Virus record (IMG/VR): IMGVR_UViG_3300014039_000017
Coordinates: 64,001-128,000 of that record
DNA from: a virus
Lineage: Duplodnaviria > Caudoviricetes
Strand: one strand, 5' to 3'
Length of the DNA: 64,000 bases
Shown piece after piece: positions 1 to 10,300 of the stretch. Under the pieces are notes generated by a model. It made no database searches, had not been told where the DNA came from, and saw only the letters and a program-made list of their open reading frames with translations. Position 1 is the first letter of the stretch, and every line of letters starts with the position of its first letter. A program made the position numbers and the translations under genes.

Positions 1-246
1 AATGGAGACTTTCTTGATCTACCTAGTAATTCAGTTCTTCTTTTAAATGATGATGGAAGTGTACAATTTACTTTGCAAGGCGGTGAACGTATATTTTCTA
101 GAATATCTAGCCGAGTAATAGTTAGAAAAGCTAAGAAAGCTAAGAAATCTAAATCCGATACAGATTATAAAGACTTGGGGAGATATATATTTGGGGAAAT
201 GACTAGACAAGATAATAGAAAAGAAGAATATGTAGATAAACCCTAA
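1..246 (+). CDS. 3' end of a hypothetical protein (partial, runs off the window)
   Basis: Frame +1 is open from base 1: NGDFLDLPSNSVLLLNDDGSVQFTLQGGERIFSR...EEYVDKP, TAA at 244-246, followed directly by a terminator-like hairpin. No ATG start near the window edge, so it is absent from the ORF track. Confidence 0.75.
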   Translation, partial: NGDFLDLPSNSVLLLNDDGSVQFTLQGGERIFSRISSRVIVRKAKKAKKSKSDTDYKDLGRYIFGEMTRQDNRKEEYVDKP

Positions 247-248
247 AT

Positions 249-284
249 GCGATGTGGCTTTTCGTCCGAAAAGTCACTCGCTTT
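249..284 (+). terminator. Intrinsic terminator-like hairpin after the upstream gene
   Basis: GCGA-t-GTGGCTTTTCG / CGAAAAGTCAC-TCGC stem (one bulge, one G-U) followed by a short TTT, 2 nt after the stop codon. Confidence 0.6.
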
Positions 285-330
285 AAGTATAGTTACATTA
301 AGTATAGTATTAAGTATAGTATAATTATAG
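284..330. repeat. Short tandem repeat TAAGTATAGT x3 plus one degenerate copy
   Basis: taagtatagttacat taagtatagtat taagtatagtat aattatagt read directly. Confidence 0.8.
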
Positions 331-368
331 TTAGCTCTGTAACTAATTATTATTCATAACTTTATGCA

Positions 369-495
369 ATATCCCGTAGCGAGATCATTATATTTGGTAG
401 CGAAAACGTTATATTTGGTAGTCTTAATATTATATTTAGTAGTCCAATCGTTATATCTGGTAGCGAGATCGTTATATCTGGTAGTCTTTATCGTT
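369..495. repeat. Six tandem 21-bp direct repeats (iteron-like), core TTATATYTGGTAG
   Basis: Units start at 369, 390, 411, 432, 453, 474: atatcccgtagcgagatcatt, atatttggtagcgaaaacgtt, atatttggtagtcttaatatt, atatttagtagtccaatcgtt, atatctggtagcgagatcgtt, atatctggtagtctttatcgt. Followed by an almost pure A/T tract at 495-560. Confidence 0.9.
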
Positions 496-555
496 TTTAT
501 AGTATTTTTAATATATTTTTATATATATTATATAATGATTATATTATGTATATAC

Positions 556-585
556 AAAAAATCCCCGACTGTAACAGCCGAGGAT
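556..585 (-). terminator. Intrinsic terminator of the minus-strand small RNA
   Basis: Minus strand ATCCTCGGCTG-TTA-CAGTCGGGGAT then TTTTT. The 11-bp stem is complete only on the minus strand (two G-U pairs). Confidence 0.8.
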
Positions 586-656
586 ATGCGATCTAATAAT
601 ATTTTTAACGTAGTTTGCCGTAGCAGCGTTCACGCTCTGTTCTAACTTTATCGCAA
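556..656 (-). ncRNA. Putative ~100-nt structured small RNA
   Basis: Bounded by a TACATTTG promoter element (659-666) and a terminator (556-585). GC-rich island with a closing stem TGCGAT/ATCGCA and internal hairpins AGCG-TGAA-CGCT and TGC-TACG-GCA (cUACGg tetraloop). No ORF seen. Confidence 0.55.
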
Positions 657-658
657 TA

Positions 659-722
659 CAAATGTAAGTATAAATAATCATATACGCAATATTGTTTATT
701 TAAATTTATTTTTGTATATTTG
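659..722. promoter_or_regulatory. Divergent Bacteroidota-type promoters
   Basis: -7 element TAnnTTTG on the minus strand (659-666, TACATTTG) and plus strand (715-722, TATATTTG). The central palindrome CAATATTG (687-694) supplies a TTG -33-like element for both at about 20 nt spacing. Confidence 0.6.
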
Positions 723-790
723 CCCAAAATAGAAATAATATACACACAAATAAGAAGATAGATATTATTAATAATATAAATTTATTTTTT

Positions 791-1096
791 ATGGCATACG
801 TTCGTAAATATCAAGAGGGCGGGGTTACACCAACAGCCCCTCAGCAGGCTCCACAGCAGGGTGGAGTAGAAGAGCAGCTTGCTCAAGTTGCTCAACAGAT
901 TCTAGATTCTCTTATGCAGGCTCTTGGAGATCCTCAAGCAGTAGCAATGGTTCTTCAGATGGCTATGGAAATGCTTCAGGGTGCAGCTCAAGAAGTTGGT
1001 TCTGCACCAGCAGAAGGACAGCAGTTTATGCGTAAGGGTGGTAAAATATGCAAAAAGGCTTGTGGCGGTAAAGCCAAAATGACTAAGAAGGCCTAA
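791..1096 (+). CDS. Small Gln/Ala-rich putative virion cargo protein, 101 aa
   Basis: Intact ORF with its own promoter and terminator and a distinct codon bias. Carries RKYQEGG and FMRKGGK motifs shared with downstream proteins. Confidence 0.85.
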   Translation: MAYVRKYQEGGVTPTAPQQAPQQGGVEEQLAQVAQQILDSLMQALGDPQAVAMVLQMAMEMLQGAAQEVGSAPAEGQQFMRKGGKICKKACGGKAKMTKKA

Positions 1097-1116
1097 TTAA
1101 ATAGATAATTCTTTTT

Positions 1117-1153
1117 AAGGAGGTTGGGGTTTAACGACCTCAATCTCCTTTTT
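1117..1153 (+). terminator. Intrinsic terminator/attenuator
   Basis: AAGGAGGTTGGGGT-TTAACG-ACCTCAATCTCCTT followed by TTTATTTT. Confidence 0.75.
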
Positions 1154-1165
1154 ATTTTATATTAT

Positions 1166-4100
1166 ATGTCACAAGTAATAAAACTTAAAAAAGGAAATAA
1201 AACACCTAAATTGCCTAAGTTAGAAGAGCCTGTAATACAGGATGATGTTCAAATTCCAGAACAAAAACCTATGCTTGGTAATTTTTCTATGAATGGTAAA
1301 ACTATTCATGGTCAAAATGCGCTCGATAGGCTTTTTAGCGTTTATAAAGATAGAGATGTTTCTGAAAGAGGTATGTTTAATGTAGCTGACAAAGCTATTA
1401 GAGATGGATATAATGTAACTTACAATGCAGGAGACAATACAATCCAGGTAGTTGATTCAAATGGTAATGACATTACCAATAATTACATGGATGGGATTAA
1501 GGCTAAAACTACAGATTCTCTTATTAAAAGAACATGAGATGCAACATTTAGAAATAGAGCAGATGCCTTTAAAAGAAGTGGAAGATATATGCAAAATATT
1601 GATATGTCTGATGATTCTGAAAAAGTTACTGCTCCTAAATTTAAATGAGAAAGAGGTAATAATGATTGGTGAACAACTAAAAAAGTTGATAATAATGATG
1701 TATATGATTCAGATGACATAATGAATCAAGATCGTTGAAATACTGTTGTGAATAACTTTACAAATATAATTGGATCTTCTAAGATTGAAGATATTATGAA
1801 TGCTTCAGCATTTGATATGTCTGCATGAACTGGACACGAATCCGATTTGACGCAGCTTAGAAAACTATACAATGAAGTTGGAGGCACCAAAGAAGCTAGA
1901 GATCAATATTTAAATAATCTTAAACAAAGACTTGTTTCTGATAATTTGACAGAAGGAGATTATAATATACTTAGGCTTATGGGTTTTGTAAAGCCAAAAG
2001 TTCAAACTAGTACAGAAACATCATCAAATAATGGTAACAATAATACTTATACAATTCCAGATGGTTGGACAGGAAATACCGATGCAGCTAAAGATGCTGG
2101 AGTTACAATAAGTCATAATGATGATGGAACATGAAGTATTACAGGCCCTGACGAATATACAAAAAATACATGATATAATAAAGGGCTCAAGTTTTTGGAA
2201 AACACACCGTTTGCTGATGGATTTATCATTAATGGTATTCTTAGAAGTAAAGACGATATTTTAGCGAATCCTGATAATTATCAAGATAAAATTGGTAGCT
2301 TTATGTCTCTTGGTAATTCTAATGGATGAAATGATTGGTACGATCGCGCCAATGCTAGTGGTGTAAGATTTGTTGGAGATAGAATTTGGACAAATCAAGG
2401 AAATGATTATTATGGTATTTATAATAATTATAATTCTAATACAGACTATGTTCCTGCGCTGTGGGATTTTTTAAATAAAAATAGAATTAATTATGGTGGC
2501 GTTAGTGATGTATCAAATTTATTTGACTTATCAAATAAACCAGGAGTAAAAGTTTATTCATATCTTGATCCATCTAAAAGAAACTATGCAGGGGTTTATA
2601 TTCCTCAATATGTTATTAGAACTAATAATTCATTAAACTACACATCAGATAATATTGATGATATAGCAAATAAATTAGGTGTTTCTAAATCTGCTTATCC
2701 TCAAACCCCAGCTAGTTTAACAATTAATCCGTATGAAGACGTTAGAGGTATTCAAATGGCTTTAACTAGACAATTTGGTAAGCAAGGTCAAGAAGTCTCA
2801 TTAGGGAGAGATAAAAATGGAACGTATTATATATATAGAGGTAATGAAATTGATCCAATACAATTAACTGGATACGGTAGAGAAAGAGATCAAGAAGTAA
2901 TGCATAAAATAATGCAATATATTAGAGGTGAACTACCTTGGACTTGAAAAGATATAGAAGCATTAAAAGTTCAGAAACCATTCGTTCCTGCTGATACTGC
3001 TAGTACAGTCGCTTTTAAAAAGGATGGAGGTAAAATAAATTGGAATCGACTTCAAAAACTTCAATTTGGAGGATCTATACAAAATACAAGTGCAAATAAA
3101 GTAAATTCTAGCAAAATATCAGAAAGTTCAAAAGATATTACAAAAGATCATAAAATGAACGGATCTGATGGAGGCCTTACCCAGTCAGAAGTAAATCAAC
3201 TTATTGCCGCTGGGTTAGATTTGGGAGGCGTTGTTGCTAGTATGTTTGGCCCTGCTGGAAATGTTGCAGGAGCTGCCACAGGCGCAGCAGGATCTATTAT
3301 GAGATATAAAGCTGATAAAGCACAAGGAGATGAAAACGGAGTTAAAAACGCAGGGTGAGAATTAGCTGCAAATCTTGGTCTTGATGTACTGTCAGCTGTT
3401 CCAGTTGCTGGTATTTTAGCTAAATCCGCTAAAGCTACGAAAGCTTTAAATAGTATTAGAAAAGTAGCTAAACCTCTTATGACTTTAGCAATGACTGCCG
3501 GGATGACATCAATGGTTACTCCTTTAAAAAAGATGATAAGTGGAGAAGAACTCACATCTCAGGATTTAGTAGATCTTGGCAAAGGTTTATCTTCTGGAGT
3601 TTTGTTTGGAAGAGGTGCAGCTAAATCTATCAAAAAAGGAGTTGGGGCTAGGTTACTTGCTACAGACGCCAAAAAAGCTGCACAACAAGCTAAAGCTACA
3701 GCTAAAATTGGAGATAAAACTATTACCAAAACTAGGCGGGAACTTGAAGATTTAATTGAAGATACAGGAGGCTCTAGAAAAGAAATGGTTTCCAAAATTA
3801 AATCTGAAGCCAAATCTATGGGCGTTGAACTTTCTGACGCAGGGGCTAAAAAAGCTTTAAGTGATTTAGGTATTAATTGAACTGGAAATACTAGAGAAGG
3901 ATGGAGTATAAAACATCCGTTTAGTAGAGGTAAAGTAATAGATAGGATTGGATCATTACCAGCACTATCTGACGGAAGATCAACTTTAGGCTACGCTTGG
4001 AGAGATATGCTTGGTGGTTTTGGGAATGGAAAAATTGATGCAACTATAGCAAGTACAGTTCCTACGAATACACTGAGGGCTGTTATACCTGGATTTAGTG

Positions 4101-5443
4101 GGAATTCAAGTAAAAATTTCTACTTAAATGAATTGATGTATAATCAACCAAATTTATTTAATAACGTAAGATTTAAAAATGCTCAATTTCCTATAGGCTG
4201 ACGTAGTTATCAATATAATAGAAGAGTTAAGCCACAATTCTTACCAGATAATTATTATAAAAACGAAGCAAACAAATCCATCGAATCTGGAGTTGGCTTA
4301 ATATCTAATACGCAGCTATCATCACATATAAATACAGATCTTGGCAAAACTTATATTCCAGCATTAGTTAATAATTATGGTATTATGCGAAAAAGCTATT
4401 TACCACATAAGAAACAAAACAACAATATTGACGATATGTTAGAATATTTAAAGGAAACACATTCGCTTAAGAAAGGTGGCTCTATACCTAAATTTCAATC
4501 TGGAGGATTTACTGGTAATGCTTTGCAAGTAGATAAAAATAAAATTAGAGATGTTCTTTCTAATATAGCTGGAGACATTGCTAGTAATAAAGCTTGAAGA
4601 GAAGAAAAAGCATCTATTGGAGCTTTAGCAAATAGAACATTTCAAGCACCGGTACTAACTTCACCAAGATTTTCTACTGCCACAATAGATCAAAAGTATA
4701 ATGCTGCTTCAGAACCTTATAAGACAATTCAGTTTAACTCTTCTGATAATAGAGAAAATTTAGCGGGCAAGCTACAGTCTTCGTATCAACAAGGTCAATT
4801 GCAGGCGCAAAAAGGTGCAGAAATATCTGATTATATTAATAAATTTAATCAAGCTGATACAGAAAGAATAAATAAGCAAAGAGAGTTTGATGCTAATATA
4901 GCTAATCAAAAGAGCGATTATTACGCTCAATTAAATTCTCAATTAATGGCTAGAAAGTCTCTTAAAACTCAATCTGATTTTGGTAGATGAAACGAAATGT
5001 ATTATCAGTGAAGACAAGAAGCTAAAGATGCTTCTAATAAGCTTGCGCAATTAGAATACCAAAATAAATCAACTATTGCTAATCAGGATTATGCTGATAA
5101 GATAAAAGCATCTATGTATGGTTATAAAGACTGGAAAAAAGCTTATGATGCTGATACAAGTGCAAATAAACTTGATTTTGCTACCTGAGTTAGAACAAAT
5201 AGGGCTAACGAATATAGCGAATGGTTAGAGTCTGATATTGTTAAAAAAATTAGACAAAAGCTTCAAGATGATTTATATAATTACGGAAAACAAAGCCTTT
5301 ATGCAAGGGAACCAATCTTTAAAAGCGGTGGAAAGATTAGTAATGACAACAAATTTGCATTAGAATCAAGTAAAGCATCTAAAAAAGCTATTCGAGATGC
5401 TGCTAATCATTTAAATAAATTATTGCAACAATTACTTAAATAA
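1166..5443 (+). CDS. Large putative virion cargo/ejection protein, 1425 aa (TGA=Trp)
   Basis: ORF-track fragments 1124, 1847, 2756, 3155, 3479, 4007, 4385 and 4799 share one frame and end in TGA. ATG at 1166, TAA at 5441-5443. Gly/Ala-rich hydrophobic stretch at ~3200-3620; several K-x-x-G-G motifs. Confidence 0.85.
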
Positions 5444-5446
5444 TAT

Positions 5447-7303
5447 ATGAAAATAAAGAAATTTGCAGGAGGAGGTATATCTTATCTTCCAACAGTAAAT
5501 AGAAGAGAAGAAGAGGCTAAAACAAAAGCCTCTTCTACTTCTTCTACTAAAAATTCAGATTACATAAAGAAAATAATTGATTTGGTTACTGAAAATGGAA
5601 TTGATTCAGATGTATCTCAATTTCTAAATTCAGTACAAGCAACACTAGATTTAGCTGCAAATCCAAACGGAGACGACATGTCTATGCGTGATATATTAAA
5701 TATTGCAAGACAAGCATCTCTTGTAAAGACAAATTATACTGAATATCAAAAAGCACGTGAATCTCTTGACTCCCAAGACGCTTGAGGGGATGTCGCTCTA
5801 GACAATAGAGGTAATATGTATGCTTATGATACAGAAAATAATAATGTAACTACAGTTAGTTTAAATAAGTATAAAGAAAATCCAGAGAAATATCAAATTC
5901 TCACTAATGAAGACATTATTAATCTTAGAAGAAATGATAAAGGATTAGCTTATAATACAAACATTCTTGATAATTTAATGTCTGCAACAGGGATGAATAC
6001 TATTATTAATTTTGCTAAAGACCTTATTAAAGGGTTTGAATCGACAGATATTACTGGTTATACTGGTAAAGCTGGAAGTAATATTCAAACTGGATTACAA
6101 AACATTATAAGCGGATTATTTAATGAAAATAGTCTTCAAGGAGTAATTGCAGCTGGCCCAGATGGAATATACAAAATATCATCTAAACAGACAGTTGCTG
6201 ATACTCATATACAAGAAGCTTTAAATTACTTAAAGATTTCAATGCCAGAGACATATAAGCACAAACTTAAAGTAACAGCTGCTTTAAATGGCTATACTGA
6301 TGATGCTTATTTATTAACTGCAATAGCGGCTAATACGGGTAGAACTATTTCTGCTGATTATGATGGAGCAATAGATCCAAAAACAGGTAAAAAAATAACG
6401 GGAAGTGGTTCTGAATCAAAACCTCAAACAGACGAAGATACGCTAGCAATAAGGGTTGCTAAAGGAGATTTAACACAAACTAATGCGTTTATATCGCCTG
6501 TCGCAGAAAGAGTATCAGATAAAGCAATGATGTCTATAAAAGCATGGAATGCATATGCTCCTCAAAAAGACAATAAAGATCCAGTATATCAAAATAATTT
6601 AAGTGTAGTAATCCCTCAAACAACTCAGTTTAAAGCAGCTGATACATCTCAAGTATTTTATGGTAACCAAAGGCTAAAACCTTCGGATATTTCTAAAATT
6701 GTATGAGATGGTAGTTCTATGGTTAAAAGAGTTGCATTACCTATGAGAATAGAGAATGGGTATCAAACTCCAGACTTAGATTTGCTTATAAAAGTAAACG
6801 AAGCTAATAGAATGATTTCTGATAATCCTGGTATGACGGATATGGAGAAAAATCAAATATTAAGTGAAATAAACAGTCCGTACGTTAAATATGATCCAGA
6901 AACAAAACAGTATGTATGTACAAATATAGGCTTCTTTGTATCTATAGCAGGATATGCTAATGGAGATATACTTGATATACAAGACCAATCAAAACCATTC
7001 CTTGATCACTTAACGCGTCCAGAAGGGAAAGAAATTAAAGATATGTACGAAAGATATACGCAGTATGGAAAAGACTCTATATCTAAAAATGAAAAACCTT
7101 TAAATGATTATGGTTCTGTAGGAGCGGCAAACTTCTATTATGGTAATATATATATACCAATAACCGATCCTATACAAGGATTTGGTACAACTAAAGACCA
7201 AATTAGACTTAAATCAGAATTTGAGCATCCAGCAAAAGATTGGGAAATAACGCAGCAAGTAAGGGCAGCAGGACAGAATAGTACATGAAAAACAAATTTA
7301 TAA
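5447..7303 (+). CDS. Putative virion cargo protein, 618 aa (TGA=Trp)
   Basis: Fragments 5447, 5816 and 6719 in one frame joined by TGA; TAA at 7301-7303; begins MKIKKFAGGG. Confidence 0.85.
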
Positions 7304-7306
7304 TAT

Positions 7307-10300
7307 ATGGCTAATAATAACGATTGGATAGCAACTATACTATATAATAATCCGCAATCATTAGATGATATGGTTGCACATGGTATTACTCCAGAAAATA
7401 CAGATATTCAGAATATAGACTATTATAAAAATAATGACGCTATAAAAGAAAATGAAGCGTTTCAAACAGATGGAAAATTTGATGAAACTAAGTTTGATAA
7501 TTTTTATGATAGTGCTTTAAATATGTATAATCAGTTTTCAGAAGAAGACTGAACAAATAAACTTGTAGATTCACTAGCCGTAGATCCGTTTGACTATTCG
7601 CAACCATTTAAAACTGACATTAAAGACATAAGTGCAACAATACAAGTTAGTCCTTATAATCCAGATAGAAGAAGTAATAGTATTACGGGAATTGGCTTTC
7701 AAGGAGATCCTACATTTAGTATTAGAGAAATAGCTCAGGATAATTACGTCAGAGATCAAAATGGAAATAAACTTGATTGAACTCCAAATCAACACTCTGG
7801 AATATATAAATCAATACTTGATCCAACTATAGCCATTGCGGTTTGAGATGAAGATACTGACGAAAATATAAATGGAGCAATAGTACATCATAATAAAGGT
7901 GACTATAAAGTTGATGAAAATGGAGACTTCTATTATGAGATTCTAGGAACAAAAGAATCATATAATAGGGATGTGCTTAGGTGGACTGATACATTAACTG
8001 TAGATGGTTCAACTATGAATAAACTTGATTTCCTCGATTCCGACGGTTTAACAAAAAGTGTTGGTGGAACTATAATGAAAACGGCAGCTACTTTAGCTCC
8101 ATTTTTAATTCCGGGAGTAAATACAGTTGTTGGAGCGTTAGGCGTTGTATATGGTCTTGCTAGTATAGCTCCAACTCTTGGTAAAGCGATTAACGGCATT
8201 ATAACAAATGATAACACTAACGGATTTGGTTCAATTGCAACAAAAGCAGAAAATTGATTCCAAAAATTTGCACCAACACAATCTGACGAAGCAAGAAATA
8301 AAGGATTTATCTCACTTGAAAATATAGCTGAAATTTTAAGTTCTTCTGCTAGTCAATTATACTCTCAAAAAGTTTTAGGGAATATAGCATATTCATTAGC
8401 ACATATGAATAACGCGCAGAGAGCTTCTCAAATAGGTAGAAATCTATCTTTAGGATTTATGGCAATTACGTCTTCAGAGCAAGCTTATTCTGATTTTAAA
8501 AATGCTGGAGCTAGCGATGCCGCTGCGGGAATAGGAATGCTTGCGTCAATAGGTGCTTTATATGGATTGATGACTTCGGATTATTTTAGGGACCAGTTAT
8601 TTAAAGGGACTGTACTTGATGAGTCTGAAGCTGTAGATGTAATTAGGAATTATGTTGAAGCTGAAGGAAAACCAGTTATAGAAGCTTTATCTGGCGGTGC
8701 AGCAATGTCTAAAAAACAAGCAGTATCGCTATATAATAAATTGCATGATGGTATTAAAGCATACTGACAGAAATTTCTTACAAAATCAGTTTCTGGAGTA
8801 GCTCAACCAACATTATCTACAGATGTAAAAAGAAAGACGTTTAGTAATTTTGGTAAAGTTATAAATAGAGCATTTAATGAGGGTGTTGAGGAAACTATGG
8901 AAGAAGTTTCTACTGATCTTGTTAAATCTTTATTTGCAGGAGCAAACGCACTAGGCATTAATATTAAATCAGATAATGCAGAAGATCTTGATTTTGGATT
9001 CGATGCTAAGAGTATCGCTGTTAGGTATGGAGAGAATTTCCTAGGTGGATTCCTTGGTGGAGCTGTATTTGAAGGATTGAATCAGTATGAAAGATTTTTT
9101 GGTCCGAAAGTAGTACAGTTATCTGATTTAACTGCTAATGACCAGCTAATGTATATGATTGGATCTGGGCGTACAAAAGAGCTTCAAGATAGACTTAAAG
9201 TTTTGTATAAGAAAGGTATGCTAGGAGATGAAAATCTATCGGCAACTAAAACTAGAAAAAACGCTAAAGGTGAGACCATATACGAAAAGGGAACAGAAAC
9301 AAATAATCAAAATCTTTTAATGTACCAAGTATTACGTAATAGCATAAATTACATGAGTAATACTATAAATGATTTTGGAATAAATATAATGTATGGTGAC
9401 GACTTTTTGGATAAAAAAGATCTTATTAATGCAGTTTTAGGTAATAAAGAACTAAGCGAACTTTATAAAAAGAATTTGGATAAACAAAATGCCGAAATAG
9501 AAGATTTGGGAATTTCTTCAGAAGAGTATTTTGCGAATAATAAAACCAATGCATTATTAGAAACGATTAAACAATATAGGTTTCATACGTCTTATTTAGA
9601 CGATATTAAAAATCTAGGTACAGAATATCTGAAAACCAAAGCAAAACTTGACGAGCTTACTCAGTCTAAACCTGGGGCAAGTACAGAAGATGAAAAGAAA
9701 ACAGAGGCCGAAAACTTAAAAAAACAAAAAAATATAGAGTATCTAACCAATAAAATTAAGATGTTAGAAGAGCTCAGAGATAGCTATATAGAACATCGAC
9801 ATGATGACAGATATGCTGATCAGGTTATTTATATGGTCTCTAAAAAAATGCAAGATAGCTTTAGAAAGGGAATAAAATCTGATAAAGGACAAGAAGACGC
9901 TTATTGAAAAACATCTTTGGATAAATATACTCAATCAGTATATAGAAAAAATTTTGAAGACTTATCTGAATTCGAAAAGGAAGATGTTAAAAGAGAGTAT
10001 AATAGAATTAAGTCAACAGATGTAGACCAACTTAAACATGAAGCAGATTTACATTATAGACTTATGGAGCAGATGTCACCTAGGCTAAAAGAATTAGATG
10101 ATTTGCTTAAAGATTTAAAAGAAAGTTCTTATTATAAGCACGGAGTATTAGCTATATCTACTTCTGATTTTAAAGATTATGAAAATAATATGAATCAGAA
10201 AATTAAATTAACCAATGAACTTCAACAATTAACAAATAAGGATACAGCATTAACAAATAAAATTAATCAAGATATACTTTCTAAAGATAAATTTAAAGCA

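Noticed and set aside
369-495. Possible CRISPR mini-array
   Set aside because: Period is only 21 bp with ~8 variable bases, far too short for spacers; no cas genes in the window.
244-518. Minus-strand open frame giving YNDLATRY-like heptads under TGA=Trp
   Set aside because: No ATG/GTG/TTG start after the upstream TAA, a terminator lies directly upstream, and repeat variation is mostly non-synonymous. Not fully excluded.
364-645. 93-aa plus-strand ORF with LYLV repeats
   Set aside because: It is the translation of the 21-bp array and AT tract, lies just after a terminator and crosses the opposite-strand sRNA; most likely spurious.
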